Position numbers and translations under genes: made by a program
Source of the DNA: Gammaproteobacteria bacterium
GTDB taxonomy: Bacteria; Pseudomonadota; Gammaproteobacteria; Eutrophobiales; Eutrophobiaceae
NCBI GenBank assembly: GCA_965215365.1
Contig: CBDCDS010000003.1
Span: forward strand, 576,001-640,000
Direction of reading: 5' to 3'
DNA: 64,000 nucleotides
In this document: one piece after another, positions 49,424-59,586 of the stretch
How positions within the stretch are numbered: the first letter of the stretch is position 1
How the letters are laid out: the number at the start of each line of letters is the position of its first letter
Notes under the pieces: model-generated
Databases searched by the model: none
The model's input: only the letters and a program-made list of their open reading frames with translations
Told to the model about the DNA's origin: nothing

Positions 49424-50245
49424 TCAAGACAAGGAGCAGCTTGAGCTTGAATCAGAGTCGGTCAGACGCGCCGGGAACGGTCTGAATTCCGCGACCACCG
49501 GGGCGTGGTCGGAGGGGCGCGGTTGTTGCCGGGGTTGGGTGTCTATCCAACTGTCGGCGCAGTGGCGGCTGAGTGCACTTGAGGCCAGTATCAGGTCGAT
49601 GCGCAGGCCGCGGTTGCGGGCGAAGTCGCCGGCGCGGTAATCCCACCAGGAGAAGGAATGCCGTTCCTGCTCGAACTGCCGGAAGGTGTCTGTGAGGCCG
49701 CAAGCCAGCAGGTCGGACAATGCCCCCCGTTCCGCCGGGCTGCAATGAATCTTGTCGCGCCACTGCGCCGGGTCGTGTACGTCCTCATCCGTGGGGGTGA
49801 TGTTGAAGTCACCCAGCACAATGAGTTTGTCATAGGATTGCAGCAGTTCACCGGTGAACTCGTGCAGGCGCGCCAGCCAGTCCAGTTTGTAGGCATATTT
49901 GTCCGATCCCACTTCGGAACCGTTGGGCACATACAGGTTGAGCACGCAGACCTCATCCACTAGGGCGCACAGCACGCGCCGCTGCGGGTCATCTAATCCG
50001 GGCAGGGCGGTGTGCAATACCTGGCACTGGCGCCGGCTGGCGATGGCGACGCCGTTGTAGGATTTTTGTCCGGCAAATGCCACCTGGTAGCCGGCTTCGG
50101 TAAAGGCCTGAGCCGGGAAATTCTCATCCTGGGTCTTGGTCTCCTGCAAGGCCAGCACATCTGGCTGGTGGGTTGCCAGCCAGTGCAACAGCTGCGGCAG
50201 ACGCACTTTCAGCGAATTGACGTTCCAGCTTGCAACAGTCCACAT
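49424..50245 (-). CDS. xthA: Exodeoxyribonuclease III
   Basis: SWNVNS, LQETK, YNGVA, YVPNG, GDFN, WWDYR, GLRID, SDHAP. Confidence 0.96.
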   Translation of the reverse strand: MWTVASWNVNSLKVRLPQLLHWLATHQPDVLALQETKTQDENFPAQAFTEAGYQVAFAGQKSYNGVAIASRRQCQVLHTALPGLDDPQRRVLCALVDEVCVLNLYVPNGSEVGSDKYAYKLDWLARLHEFTGELLQSYDKLIVLGDFNITPTDEDVHDPAQWRDKIHCSPAERGALSDLLACGLTDTFRQFEQERHSFSWWDYRAGDFARNRGLRIDLILASSALSRHCADSWIDTQPRQQPRPSDHAPVVAEFRPFPARLTDSDSSSSCSLS

Positions 50246-50255
50246 GGAAAGTGTC

Positions 50256-52316
50256 TCATTGCTGTGCCGGTGTAGCCGGCGTCATGCCACAATGCCGTAA
50301 CAGCGCGTCTATTTCGGGCTTGCGCCCGCGGAACTCCACAAACAAGTCCATAGGTTCCCGGGCACCGCCCTGTTCTAAGATGGTACGGAGAAAATCTCTG
50401 CCGGTGGCGGCATCGAAGATACCGTTTTCCTCAAAGCGCGAGAAGGCATCGGCGGACAACACCTCGGCCCACTTGTAGCTGTAGTAACCGGCCGCGTAGC
50501 CACCGGCGAAGATATGGCCGAAACTGTGTTGAAAACGGTTATCCGGCGGCACCTTGACTACCGCCACCGCATGCCGCACTTCATCGAGCAGGGACTGGAT
50601 GTCGCGGGTATCCTGCCCGCGCCGTTCATGGTGCAGACGGAAGTCAAACAAGGCCAGTTCCAGTTGCCGCACCATCTGCATGCCGGCCTGGAAGGTGCGC
50701 GCCTGCTGCATTCTGTCGAACAGGTCGGCGGGAAGCGGCTCCCCGGTCTGGTAATGGCGCGCACACAGGTCCAGCGCGTCCCGTTCCCAGCACCAGTTTT
50801 CCAGGAACTGGCTGGGCAGTTCCACCGCGTCCCAGGGCACGCCGTTGATGCCGGACACGCCGGCATAATCGACCTGCGTCAGGATATGATGCAAGCCGTG
50901 GCCGAACTCGTGGAACAGCGTCAGCACCTCGTCATGGGTGAGCAGGGCCGGTTGTTGCGCCAGCGGCGGGGTGAAGTTGCAGGTCAGGTAGGCTACCGGC
51001 GTTTGCAGCGCGTCGCGCCCCAGCCGGCGCACCACGCATTCGTCCATCCAGGCGCCGCCGCGCTTGTGCGGACGCGCGTACAGGTCCAGATAGAATGCAC
51101 CGCGCAGTTCGCCGCGCTCGTCCCGGACTTCAAAAAAACGCACCTCAGGATGCCAAGCTTCAACACCTTGCCGGGCACTGATATTAAGGCCATACAAGCG
51201 GCTGACTACGGCGAACAGTCCTGCTACGACCTGATCTGCGGGAAAGTAGGGGCGCAAGTCTTCCTGGGAGAAGTCGAACTGCTGCTGTCTGAGCTGCTCT
51301 GAATAGTAGGGGATGTCCCAGGCGCGCAAGTCCTCAACGCCGTATTCCTCGGCCGCAAATTTTTCTAGGGTGGCTAATTCGCGCTGCGCCGCCGTCTTGC
51401 TGCGCGCAGCCAGCTCATGCAGGAACGCGATGACTTCCTGCGGCGTGTCAGCCATCTTCTTTACCAGCGAGTACTCGGCATAGTCACGGTAGCCCAGCAG
51501 TGCTGCCAACTCCTGCCGTAACGCCAGTATTTCCACCATCAACGGCCCGTTGTCCCATTGCCCGCCGTTGGGTCCCAGTTCCGAGGCGCGGGTAGTGTAG
51601 GCAGTGTACAGCTCGCGGCGCAGTGCCCGCTCGTCGGCATAGATCATCACCGGGGAGTAGGAGGGATATTCCAGCGTGAACAGCCAGCCGGTGCGGTCCT
51701 GCCGACGCGCGCTCTGTGCGGCCAGCTCCAGCGCAGTGTCCGGCAGGCCGCTGAGCAAGGACTCATCTGTGACCAGCCGGGTCCAACCGTGGGTGGCATC
51801 CAGCAGGTTTTCCTCAAAGCGCGTGTGCAGCTTTGACAGCTGCCGTTGCAGCGCCCGGTACCGATCTTTTTTCTGTGGCCCCAGGTCTATGCCGGACAGG
51901 CGAAAGTCGCGCAAGATGTTGTCGATGATCTTCTTGCGGGCGACATCCAGCCGGGCATAAGCCTCACCTTCGGCCAGGGCCTGACAGGCGCGGAACAAGT
52001 CTTTATTCTGACCCAGCGCCGTTTCATGGTCGGACATTTTCGGGATGCAGGCGTTATAGGCATCACGCAACTGTTCATTATCAGCAACCGAATGCAGGTG
52101 ACGCACCGCAGACCAGGCGCGGTGCAGTTGGTCGTCTTTTTCTTCCAGGGGCTGCAACAGGGTTTCCCAGGTGTGTTCCCCCGGTTTTTGCAGCAGGGCG
52201 TTCAACAGCGCGCGGTGTTCTTCCAGCAGTTGCTCGATAGCCGGCTCAATATGTTCCGGCCGGATCCGGTCGAAAGCCGGCAGGGTCAGGTTTTCAAGTA
52301 ATGGGTTAACCCGCAT
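50256..52316 (-). CDS. prlC: Oligopeptidase A (start codon supplied by a MITE)
   Basis: NPLL start, KRGGAWM, FHEFGHGLH, DAVELPSQ, HIFAGGYAAGYYSYKWAE. Confidence 0.96.
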   Translation of the reverse strand: MRVNPLLENLTLPAFDRIRPEHIEPAIEQLLEEHRALLNALLQKPGEHTWETLLQPLEEKDDQLHRAWSAVRHLHSVADNEQLRDAYNACIPKMSDHETALGQNKDLFRACQALAEGEAYARLDVARKKIIDNILRDFRLSGIDLGPQKKDRYRALQRQLSKLHTRFEENLLDATHGWTRLVTDESLLSGLPDTALELAAQSARRQDRTGWLFTLEYPSYSPVMIYADERALRRELYTAYTTRASELGPNGGQWDNGPLMVEILALRQELAALLGYRDYAEYSLVKKMADTPQEVIAFLHELAARSKTAAQRELATLEKFAAEEYGVEDLRAWDIPYYSEQLRQQQFDFSQEDLRPYFPADQVVAGLFAVVSRLYGLNISARQGVEAWHPEVRFFEVRDERGELRGAFYLDLYARPHKRGGAWMDECVVRRLGRDALQTPVAYLTCNFTPPLAQQPALLTHDEVLTLFHEFGHGLHHILTQVDYAGVSGINGVPWDAVELPSQFLENWCWERDALDLCARHYQTGEPLPADLFDRMQQARTFQAGMQMVRQLELALFDFRLHHERRGQDTRDIQSLLDEVRHAVAVVKVPPDNRFQHSFGHIFAGGYAAGYYSYKWAEVLSADAFSRFEENGIFDAATGRDFLRTILEQGGAREPMDLFVEFRGRKPEIDALLRHCGMTPATPAQQ

Positions 52317-52440
52317 ATCTCACCTAGTCGCTTGTTGCCTTGTGAAACATGATGGCTCTCAATAAGTTATGGTAATACTGCTGCTCTTTCCACCTAACCC
52401 ACTGCGCTTGATGCGCCCGCGCTGGGTGAGATATGCGGGT
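52309..52440 (-). mobile_element. 132-bp MITE, copy 3 (complete, TA duplication)
   Basis: Perfect 16-bp TIR ACCCGCATATCTCACC; TA at 52307-52308 and 52441-52442. Confidence 0.92.
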
Positions 52441-52463
52441 TAGACATGTTCTGATACTGGTAA

Positions 52464-52478
52464 TAAGAATGATTTTCA
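52464..52478. promoter_or_regulatory. Fur-box-like 7-1-7 site upstream of bfr
   Basis: TAAGAAT-G-ATTTTCA resembles the TGA(T/G)AAT-n-ATT(A/C)TCA consensus. Confidence 0.45.
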
Positions 52479-52589
52479 ATTATAAATCAACAAGTTATAC
52501 TTTACATGCCGAATTTATGCTGATATGCTGCAAAGGTGCCTTTAATTTTCAGAGGCGCGTGACACACAGTTTATTTTCGGAGAACTATT

Positions 52590-53054
52590 ATGCAAGGCAA
52601 CAACAAAATAATCGAGTACCTGAATCAGGTGCTGAAGAACGAACTGACGGTGATTAACCAATATTTCCTGCATGCACGCATGTGGAGAGACTGGGGACTG
52701 AAAGAGCTGGACGAGTATGAACACCACGAATCAGTAGATGAGATGAAACACGCCGACAGGCTCATTCAGCGAATCCTGTTCCTGGAAGGGCTGCCGAACC
52801 TGCAAGATCTGGGCAAGCTATTCATCGGGGAGAATACCAGAGAGATGCTGGAATGCGACCTGAAACAGGAACATCTGGCCATCCCGCTGCTGCGTGAGGC
52901 CATCGTCTGCTGTGAGGCCGAACAGGATTACGTGAGCCGCGAACTGCTGGAGGATATTCTCGAAGACGAGGAAGAGCATGTGGACTGGCTGGAGACCCAG
53001 CTCGGACTGATAGAAAAAGTCGGCCTGGAGAATTATCAGCAATCTAAAATGTAG
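52590..53054 (+). CDS. bfr: Bacterioferritin
   Basis: [31 protein letters not shown]. Confidence 0.97.
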   Translation: MQGNNKIIEYLNQVLKNELTVINQYFLHARMWRDWGLKELDEYEHHESVDEMKHADRLIQRILFLEGLPNLQDLGKLFIGENTREMLECDLKQEHLAIPLLREAIVCCEAEQDYVSRELLEDILEDEEEHVDWLETQLGLIEKVGLENYQQSKM

Positions 53055-53100
53055 GAGCCCCCATGCAGTTTTGACCTTAAGGACTAACCCGCAAACAATC

Positions 53101-53421
53101 TCAGTACTGAGATTCGGGCGTCCTTACGATCAAGCCGTCCAGTTCCGGGGTCAGTTTTATCTGGCAACTGAGCCGGCTGTTGGGTTGTGGATTCATGACA
53201 AAATCGAGCATTTCCTTCTCCATGGTCTGGGCTTCGGGCAGTTTATCGAACCATTCCGGGTCCACAAAGACATGACAGGTGGCGCAACTGCAGGCGCCGC
53301 CGCATTCGGCAACGATGCCGTCCACCCCGTTGTTCACGGCAGTTTGCATGACACTCATACCTTCTTTGGCAGCTACCGTCGTTTCTTCCCCGTCGAACGC
53401 GATATAAGTAATTTTTGGCAT
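53101..53421 (-). CDS. 2Fe-2S ferredoxin (putidaredoxin/adrenodoxin type)
   Basis: AECGGACSCATCHV, SRLSCQI. Confidence 0.95.
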   Translation of the reverse strand: MPKITYIAFDGEETTVAAKEGMSVMQTAVNNGVDGIVAECGGACSCATCHVFVDPEWFDKLPEAQTMEKEMLDFVMNPQPNSRLSCQIKLTPELDGLIVRTPESQY

Positions 53422-53855
53422 TTCCCCAACTCCGTACCCTACTGGCTTTTGGTAAATTCGCGTATTGCCGACAAATCCCGTCTGGCGTCCCTGGTGAGAC
53501 GGTATGTTGCCATACTATTCGCCCGTTACCGCTTTCATTTGACCGACCTCAAATCAACCTTTTCAGTCAGTATAAACGATTCATTTGATATGTTCCACCA
53601 GCCGATTTTTGCCAGCGAAATTCTCCTTTGATTTTCCATGCAATCTGTGTAATCTGTGGACATAAGGTAATCACTTATAACATGCGAGGTCAAAGCCATG
53701 CAGACCAGTGAACAGGAACAGAGCAGGCATGCAATCCTGCCGCAGAAAACAAAGTCAGCACAAGGCGCGGGCGGCAGCCTGAGGCTGCACCCGGCACCGG
53801 AGATTCCCCGTTATCACCCGGCCGCGGACGGGGTTGCCACGGCGGAGCAACCCGT

Positions 53856-55913
53856 ATGAGTTACCGCTTAGGTGTCGATGTGGGCGGTACCTTTACCGAC
53901 CTGTTACTGATCGATGAGCAGCGCGGCGCCACCTTCACCGCCAAGGTGCCGTCGACGCCTGAAGACTCATCCATCGGCGTACTGAACGGCATCGCCCGTA
54001 TCTGTGACACCGGCAACATCGACCCGGCCGGCATCTCCCGGGTCATGCACGGCACCACTGTGGCCACCAACGCGGTGCTGACCGGGCGCGGCGCCCGGGT
54101 CGGCTTGGTTACCACCGGCGGTTTCCGGCAGGTTTTGCAGGTGGCCCGTTCCTTCTGCCCGGGCGGTCTGGGCGGCTGGGTCAGTTTTGTCAAAAAGCCG
54201 CTGTTGGCGCCATTGGAACTGACCATAGAAGCGGATGAGCGTATCGACGCCCGCGGCAATATTATCCGGGCACTGGATGAGGAGGCGTTGCGACGCGACC
54301 TGCAAACGCTGCGCGCCAGGGGTGAAGTGGAGTCCCTGACCATCTGCTTCATCAACGCTTATATCAACGACGAGAATGAACGCCGCGCCGAAGCCATCGC
54401 CGGCGAGATTTTCACCGATGTCCCCATCTCCATCTCCAGCAAGGTGGTGCCGGAGATGCAGGAGTACGAGCGCACCGAGACCACGGTGGTGAACGCTTAC
54501 GTGCGACCGGAAGTCGCGAACTACATCACCAACCTGCAAGCTGCGCTGGCCGAGCAGATGGGCGAGGATGTAGTCCTGTCCATCCTGCGCTCCGACGGCG
54601 GTCTGGCCTCGGGTCGCGCCTCGGCGCAATCGCCGGTGAACATGCTCATGTCGGGCCCGGCCGGTGGAGTGACCGGCGCCTTGTATTTCTGCAGCCGCGC
54701 CGGTTATGACAACATCCTCACCTTCGACATGGGCGGCACCTCCACCGATGTGGCCCTGATCCAGAACGGCAAGGCCCGGGTGCGGCGGGAGACCATCGTC
54801 GGCGATGTGCGCGTGCGGGCGCCGTCGGTGGATGTGCGCACCGTTGGCGCTGGCGGCGGCTCCATCGCCTTCGTGCCGGAACTGACCCGCGCCCTGCGCG
54901 TGGGCCCGCAATCCGCCGGCGCCGTGCCCGGCCCGGCGGCCTACATGAAAGGCGGCGTCGAACCCACGGTATGCGATGCCAACGTGGTGCTGGGCTATCT
55001 GCCCGCAGCGGTGCAACTGGGCGGCGCCATGGCGATTGACAAGGCGGCGGCCGAGGCCGCGGTGCAAAAACTGGCCGATGCCACGGCTATCAGTCTGATG
55101 GAAGCGGCCGAGGGCATCATCAGGATCGTGAACGAATCCATGTTCGGCGCGTTGCGTCTGGTATCGGTGGAACAGGGCTACGACCCCAGGGATTTCTCCC
55201 TGGTCGGTTTTGGCGGCGCCGGCCCTTTACATGCCAACGCCCTGGGGATCCTGACCGGGTCCTGGCCGGTAATCATCCCACCCGGCCCCGGTGTCCTGTG
55301 CGCCTACGGCGATGCCACCACGCAGGTGCAGGACGAGGCGGCGCGCACCTATATCACCATGGCCGAGGACACCGACGCCGAAGCGTTGCTGCAAGACTTA
55401 GCGGCACTGCGCCAACGAGCATCGGAGTCGCTGACCGCAGACGGGGTAGCCCAGCAGGACTTGGACGCGGTGTACCAGGCCGACCTGCGCTACACCGGGC
55501 AAGCCTACCAGATCACACTGGATTTCACCGCAGAGGAGCTGCTGGAGCACGGCATTGCCGGCCTGACCCGGCGTTTTGACGCCGAGCACAAGCATCTGTT
55601 CACCTTCGATCTGGGCGAGGGCCATGAGATTGTGATGATACGGGCTATCGTCCGCGTCAGGCAGAAAGCCCTGGCCGAACTTGAGACCGGCAGCGCCGAC
55701 GCCCGGCTGGAAGACTGCAAGGTGCAGGACAGCCGCTATTATTATGAAGGCACCTGGCATGATGCCGTGATCTATGCGCGGGAAAAACTGCGTGAAGGGC
55801 TGGTAGCGCCGGGCCCGGCCATCATCTGCGAAATGGATTCGACCACCTTGATCCTGCCGGGCTACCAGGCACGCGTGGACGCCCTGGGCAATCTGATTCT
55901 TAACCCGGAGTAA
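53856..55913 (+). CDS. Hydantoinase/oxoprolinase subunit A (ATP-dependent lactamase)
   Basis: GVDVGGTFTD, HGTTVATN, SGPAGG, DMGGTSTD, GAGGGS, FGGAGPLHA. Confidence 0.93.
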   Translation: MSYRLGVDVGGTFTDLLLIDEQRGATFTAKVPSTPEDSSIGVLNGIARICDTGNIDPAGISRVMHGTTVATNAVLTGRGARVGLVTTGGFRQVLQVARSFCPGGLGGWVSFVKKPLLAPLELTIEADERIDARGNIIRALDEEALRRDLQTLRARGEVESLTICFINAYINDENERRAEAIAGEIFTDVPISISSKVVPEMQEYERTETTVVNAYVRPEVANYITNLQAALAEQMGEDVVLSILRSDGGLASGRASAQSPVNMLMSGPAGGVTGALYFCSRAGYDNILTFDMGGTSTDVALIQNGKARVRRETIVGDVRVRAPSVDVRTVGAGGGSIAFVPELTRALRVGPQSAGAVPGPAAYMKGGVEPTVCDANVVLGYLPAAVQLGGAMAIDKAAAEAAVQKLADATAISLMEAAEGIIRIVNESMFGALRLVSVEQGYDPRDFSLVGFGGAGPLHANALGILTGSWPVIIPPGPGVLCAYGDATTQVQDEAARTYITMAEDTDAEALLQDLAALRQRASESLTADGVAQQDLDAVYQADLRYTGQAYQITLDFTAEELLEHGIAGLTRRFDAEHKHLFTFDLGEGHEIVMIRAIVRVRQKALAELETGSADARLEDCKVQDSRYYYEGTWHDAVIYAREKLREGLVAPGPAIICEMDSTTLILPGYQARVDALGNLILNPE

Positions 55914-55919
55914 CAGGAC

Positions 55920-57770
55920 ATGGCCGGTAAAGTGATCGAACAGAACACCACCCCGCTGCAACGCGTCCCGGTCGATACCGTCACCGTGGACATCATCGAA
56001 AATGCCCTGCGCAATGTGCGCGTGGAGATGGACGCGGTATTATTCCGCACCGCCATGTCGCCCGGCATCCGCGAGCAGGGCGACTGCTTCCCCATGGTCG
56101 CAAATCGGGCCGGCAAGATGGTAGTCGGGCAGTTCGGCTCCTTCATTCATGGCTTGATGGACGCCTACCAGGGGGAGCTGGAAGAAGGTGATGTGCTGCT
56201 CACCAATGACCCGTACATGTGTGGCGCGGCAGTCTCCCACCTGCCGGACTGGATCGTACTGGTGCCCATCTTCAAGGACCATCGGCATATCGCCTGGTCT
56301 GCCATGTTCGGCCACATGTCGGATAACGGCGGCATGACTCCGGGCAGCATTCCGGTACAAGCGACCAACATCTTCCAGGAAGGCATTCGCATCCCGCCGA
56401 CCAAGCTGTATCGCAACGGGGAATTGCAAGCCGACATGCTCGAACTGATTCTGCACAATGTGCGCACCCCGCAATGGAACCGCTTTGACTTAAATGCCCT
56501 GGTGGCGGCTTGCAATACCGCTGCGCGGCGCTGCGCGGAACTGGCCGAACGCTTCGGCGATGACGTGTTCTACTCCACCATGGAAGTGATGCTGGAGCGC
56601 AACCATAGCGCCATGCAGCAGATCATCGAGATGATCGTGCCGGAACAACCCCGCAGTTTTGAGGACTACGTGTGTGATGATGGCGTGGGCAACGGCCCCT
56701 ACAAGATCAAGTGCACCCTCTGGCGCGAAGGCTCGCGCGCCATTTTTGACTTTGCCGGCACCGACCCGCAAGCGAACAGCTCGATCAATTTCTTCCTGAG
56801 TGAGGACATGTTCAGGATGTTCTTTGGCGCCTTCACCATCAACCTGTTCGACCCGCAGATCCTGTTCAATGACGGGTTCTACGACCTGGTCGAGGTGCGC
56901 ATCCCCCAAGGTTCGCTGCTGAAACCGAACTACCCCGCGGCCCTGTCCGGCCGTACCCATGCCTTGGGGCGGATTTTTGATGTGATGGGCGGCCTGCTCG
57001 GCCAGGGCGCGCCGGAAGCCCTGAACGCAGCCGGCTTCTCCGACAGCCCACACCTGTTCTATTCCGGCTATGACGACAACGGCGAGTGGTTCCAGCTGTT
57101 CCAGATCGGCTTCGGCGGCATCCCCGGCCGCCCCGCTGGCGACGGCCCGGACGGCCATTCGCTGTGGCCGAGCTTTACCAACGTGCCGAATGAGTTTATC
57201 GAAGCCTACTTCCCGTTGCGCATTGAAAAATACGAACCCATAGCCGATTCCGGCGGCGCCGGCCTGCACCGCGGCGGCAACGGCCTGAGCGTGGCTTACC
57301 GCTTCCTGTGTGACGGTGCCATTGCCATCCACGATGAACGCTGGCTCACCTATCCCTGGGGTGTGAACGGCGGCGAGCCGGGACAGCGTTCCAGCAAACA
57401 GCTGGTACGCGCCGACGGCACCGAGCAATGGCTGCCCGCCAAGTGCGAGGGGGTAGCAGTAAAAGTCGGCGACATCCTGTATTTCAACACCTGGGGCGGC
57501 GGCGGCTGGGGCGACCCGTACCAGCGCGATCCCGAAATCGTGCGGCTGGACGTGGAACGCGGCCTGGTCAGTGCCGCCGGCGCCCGGCGCTACGGCGTTG
57601 TACTACACGATGACGGTAGCGTCGATGCAGCGGCCACGGACGCCCTGCGCGCGCAACTGAGCGCCGACAGAGGCGCAACGCCGATGTTCAACTTCGGCGG
57701 AACCATCGAGGACATCAAGGCCCGCGCGCTGGCAGAAACCCACCTGCCACCACCACAGACGCCGGGTTAG
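55920..57770 (+). CDS. Hydantoinase/oxoprolinase subunit B
   Basis: RTAMSP.IRE, NDPY...SHLPD, H.SD.GG..PGS, DSGGAG.HRGG, GGGGWGDP. Confidence 0.93.
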   Translation: MAGKVIEQNTTPLQRVPVDTVTVDIIENALRNVRVEMDAVLFRTAMSPGIREQGDCFPMVANRAGKMVVGQFGSFIHGLMDAYQGELEEGDVLLTNDPYMCGAAVSHLPDWIVLVPIFKDHRHIAWSAMFGHMSDNGGMTPGSIPVQATNIFQEGIRIPPTKLYRNGELQADMLELILHNVRTPQWNRFDLNALVAACNTAARRCAELAERFGDDVFYSTMEVMLERNHSAMQQIIEMIVPEQPRSFEDYVCDDGVGNGPYKIKCTLWREGSRAIFDFAGTDPQANSSINFFLSEDMFRMFFGAFTINLFDPQILFNDGFYDLVEVRIPQGSLLKPNYPAALSGRTHALGRIFDVMGGLLGQGAPEALNAAGFSDSPHLFYSGYDDNGEWFQLFQIGFGGIPGRPAGDGPDGHSLWPSFTNVPNEFIEAYFPLRIEKYEPIADSGGAGLHRGGNGLSVAYRFLCDGAIAIHDERWLTYPWGVNGGEPGQRSSKQLVRADGTEQWLPAKCEGVAVKVGDILYFNTWGGGGWGDPYQRDPEIVRLDVERGLVSAAGARRYGVVLHDDGSVDAAATDALRAQLSADRGATPMFNFGGTIEDIKARALAETHLPPPQTPG

Positions 57771-57798
57771 GGTTGACCGGGGAAATCAGCAGCAGGTT

Positions 57799-58029
57799 TT
57801 AATTCACACTATCCGGGGCGGATGGCATATCAATGTTCCATGCCTCCATCAACAATGCCAACTGTCCCTCAATACGCGCCGTGCGCTGCTGTAAATCCAC
57901 TACATCTCCTCTGATTCCGGCAATCTCCCCCTTTATTCCACTCTGCCCGGACAAGATCAAGCCAGCCAACAATGCGCCTACTGCAAAAATACTGATAATG
58001 ATGCTGGTAACATCCGTTAGTTTGTACAT
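57799..58029 (-). CDS. Small TM + coiled-coil hypothetical protein
   Basis: AAGGAGG RBS, N-terminal TM helix, ...RTARIEG coiled coil; lower GC. Confidence 0.7.
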   Translation of the reverse strand: MYKLTDVTSIIISIFAVGALLAGLILSGQSGIKGEIAGIRGDVVDLQQRTARIEGQLALLMEAWNIDMPSAPDSVN

Positions 58030-58119
58030 AACAGCCTCCTTTATTTGGGTAGCGCAAGTCTAGCGTGCCATTGAGATAATGGCAAGCACCAGTTCCGAGG
58101 CCGGGAGATAGAAACCTGC

Positions 58120-58935
58120 ATGTGGCGTCGTCGCAAGTCTATCAGTGACGCCGATTGGGTGGCCGCGCTGGACGCTGTTCCCATGCTTGCCCCGCTTGCT
58201 GACGCTGAGCGCTTACAACTCAGGGAACTGTCTGCGCGTTTTATCGCCAGCAAATCCATTGAACCGGTGCGCGGACAGCGCCTCGATACGGCTGATCTTG
58301 TTGTGTTGGCCGCGCAAGCCTGCCTGCCGGTACTGGCCCTGGGTCTTGAGGCTTACGCCTCGTGGCAGAGTGTTGTGGTTTATCCCGGCGGGTTTGTTGC
58401 GCGTGAACGCGAGGTGGACGAAGCCGGGGTCGAACACGAATGGGATGAGGCACGCGCCGGCGAGTCCTGGTTGCGCGGCCCGGTCATCCTGTCCTGGGAG
58501 GACGTTCTGGCCTCAGGACAAGGCGAGGGTTATAACGTCGTCATCCACGAGATGGCGCACAAGCTCGATATGCTCGACGGCGAGGCCAACGGCCGCCCGC
58601 CACTGCACCGGGAGATGGACGCAGAGCTCTGGCGCCGCGACTTCCGCGCCGCCTTCGACGACCTGAAACGTCGTATCGATGCCGGTGAGAAATCGGCAAT
58701 CGATGACTACGCAACCACCGACCCCGGTGAGTTCTTTGCCGTGACCAGCGAGTATTTCTTTGACGCCCCCGGTGTGCTTGCCGACGAGTATCCGGCCGTT
58801 TATACGCGCCTGAGCGAATTCTATCGCCAGCGCCCACGCGCGCGCTTTGAGCGGTCAAAAGCAGTTTATCGTGAAAAGTTGCCGGGCAAGGGCAATAACA
58901 GTACCATTGACTCAGCTCATCCGCCCAGAAGATAA
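58120..58935 (+). CDS. mtfA: MtfA / peptidase M90 zinc-dependent family
   Basis: AAQACLP, GESW..GPVILSW, NVVIHEMAHKLD, YA.T.P.EFFAV.SE.FF. Confidence 0.92.
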   Translation: MWRRRKSISDADWVAALDAVPMLAPLADAERLQLRELSARFIASKSIEPVRGQRLDTADLVVLAAQACLPVLALGLEAYASWQSVVVYPGGFVAREREVDEAGVEHEWDEARAGESWLRGPVILSWEDVLASGQGEGYNVVIHEMAHKLDMLDGEANGRPPLHREMDAELWRRDFRAAFDDLKRRIDAGEKSAIDDYATTDPGEFFAVTSEYFFDAPGVLADEYPAVYTRLSEFYRQRPRARFERSKAVYREKLPGKGNNSTIDSAHPPRR

Positions 58936-58985
58936 AATTACACAAAGAAAATGACCACCGAACAACTTTGGGGGACAGAGGAATC

Positions 58986-59090
58986 CCCTTAGAAAATCTG
59001 ACGGGTTCGGAACATGACGACATCCTGGCAGGTGACCGGCGTGATAACTTTCTCATTGGCGGCGGCGGGCACGACACCTTCAAGCTCTCC
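58986..59090 (+). pseudogene. Fragment of an RTX/hemolysin-type Ca-binding repeat protein
   Basis: LENLTGSEHDDILAGDRRDNFLIGGGGHDTF. Confidence 0.7.
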
Positions 59091-59104
59091 ACCGACCCGT
59101 TCTT

Positions 59105-59330
59105 TTATGCCTCGTGGCTCAACCAAGTGGAGCGATGGTTCGGACTCATCACGCAACAGGCTATCCGACGCGGCTCCTTCTCCTCAGTGAAACAACTTGT
59201 CAACAAAATCAACCAATTTGTGAACCACTACAATGATAACTCTCGCCCCTTCGTCTGGACTGCCACGGCTGAATCCATCCTCAACAAAGTAGAAAGATTA
59301 TGCACAGTTATTTCCGGGACAGCACACTAG
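59105..59330 (+). mobile_element. 3' remnant of an IS630-family element
   Basis: YASWLNQVERWF..IT...IRRGSF.SV..L...PFVWT; ends GGGACAGCACAC-TAG. Confidence 0.88.
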
Positions 59331-59586
59331 AGGTGGCCATTCAAGCGGATTTATGCCCTTGTGCGGGTGCCGACCAGAGTTTTTCCAGTTGGTAATAGTC
59401 TCTGGTATCGGGGTGCATGACGTGGGCAATGACGTCGCCGAAGTCGATCAGAATCCACTCTGCCTGCTGCCGGCCTTCCACACCCAGCGGTCTGATCTGC
59501 CGGGCCCGCGCCACCTCTATCACCTTGTCCGCAATGGCCTTGACCTGACGGTCGGAAGCGCCGCTAGCGATGATCATGTAATCGGT
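59283..59586 (+). repeat. 304-bp direct repeat, left copy (IS630 tail + 3' part of rsfS)
   Basis: Identical by inspection to 61481-61784 and abuts the IS1634 end. Confidence 0.93.
59341..59586 (-). pseudogene. rsfS: 5'-truncated duplicate of rsfS
   Basis: Same sequence as the 3' part of 61539-61877. Confidence 0.9.
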
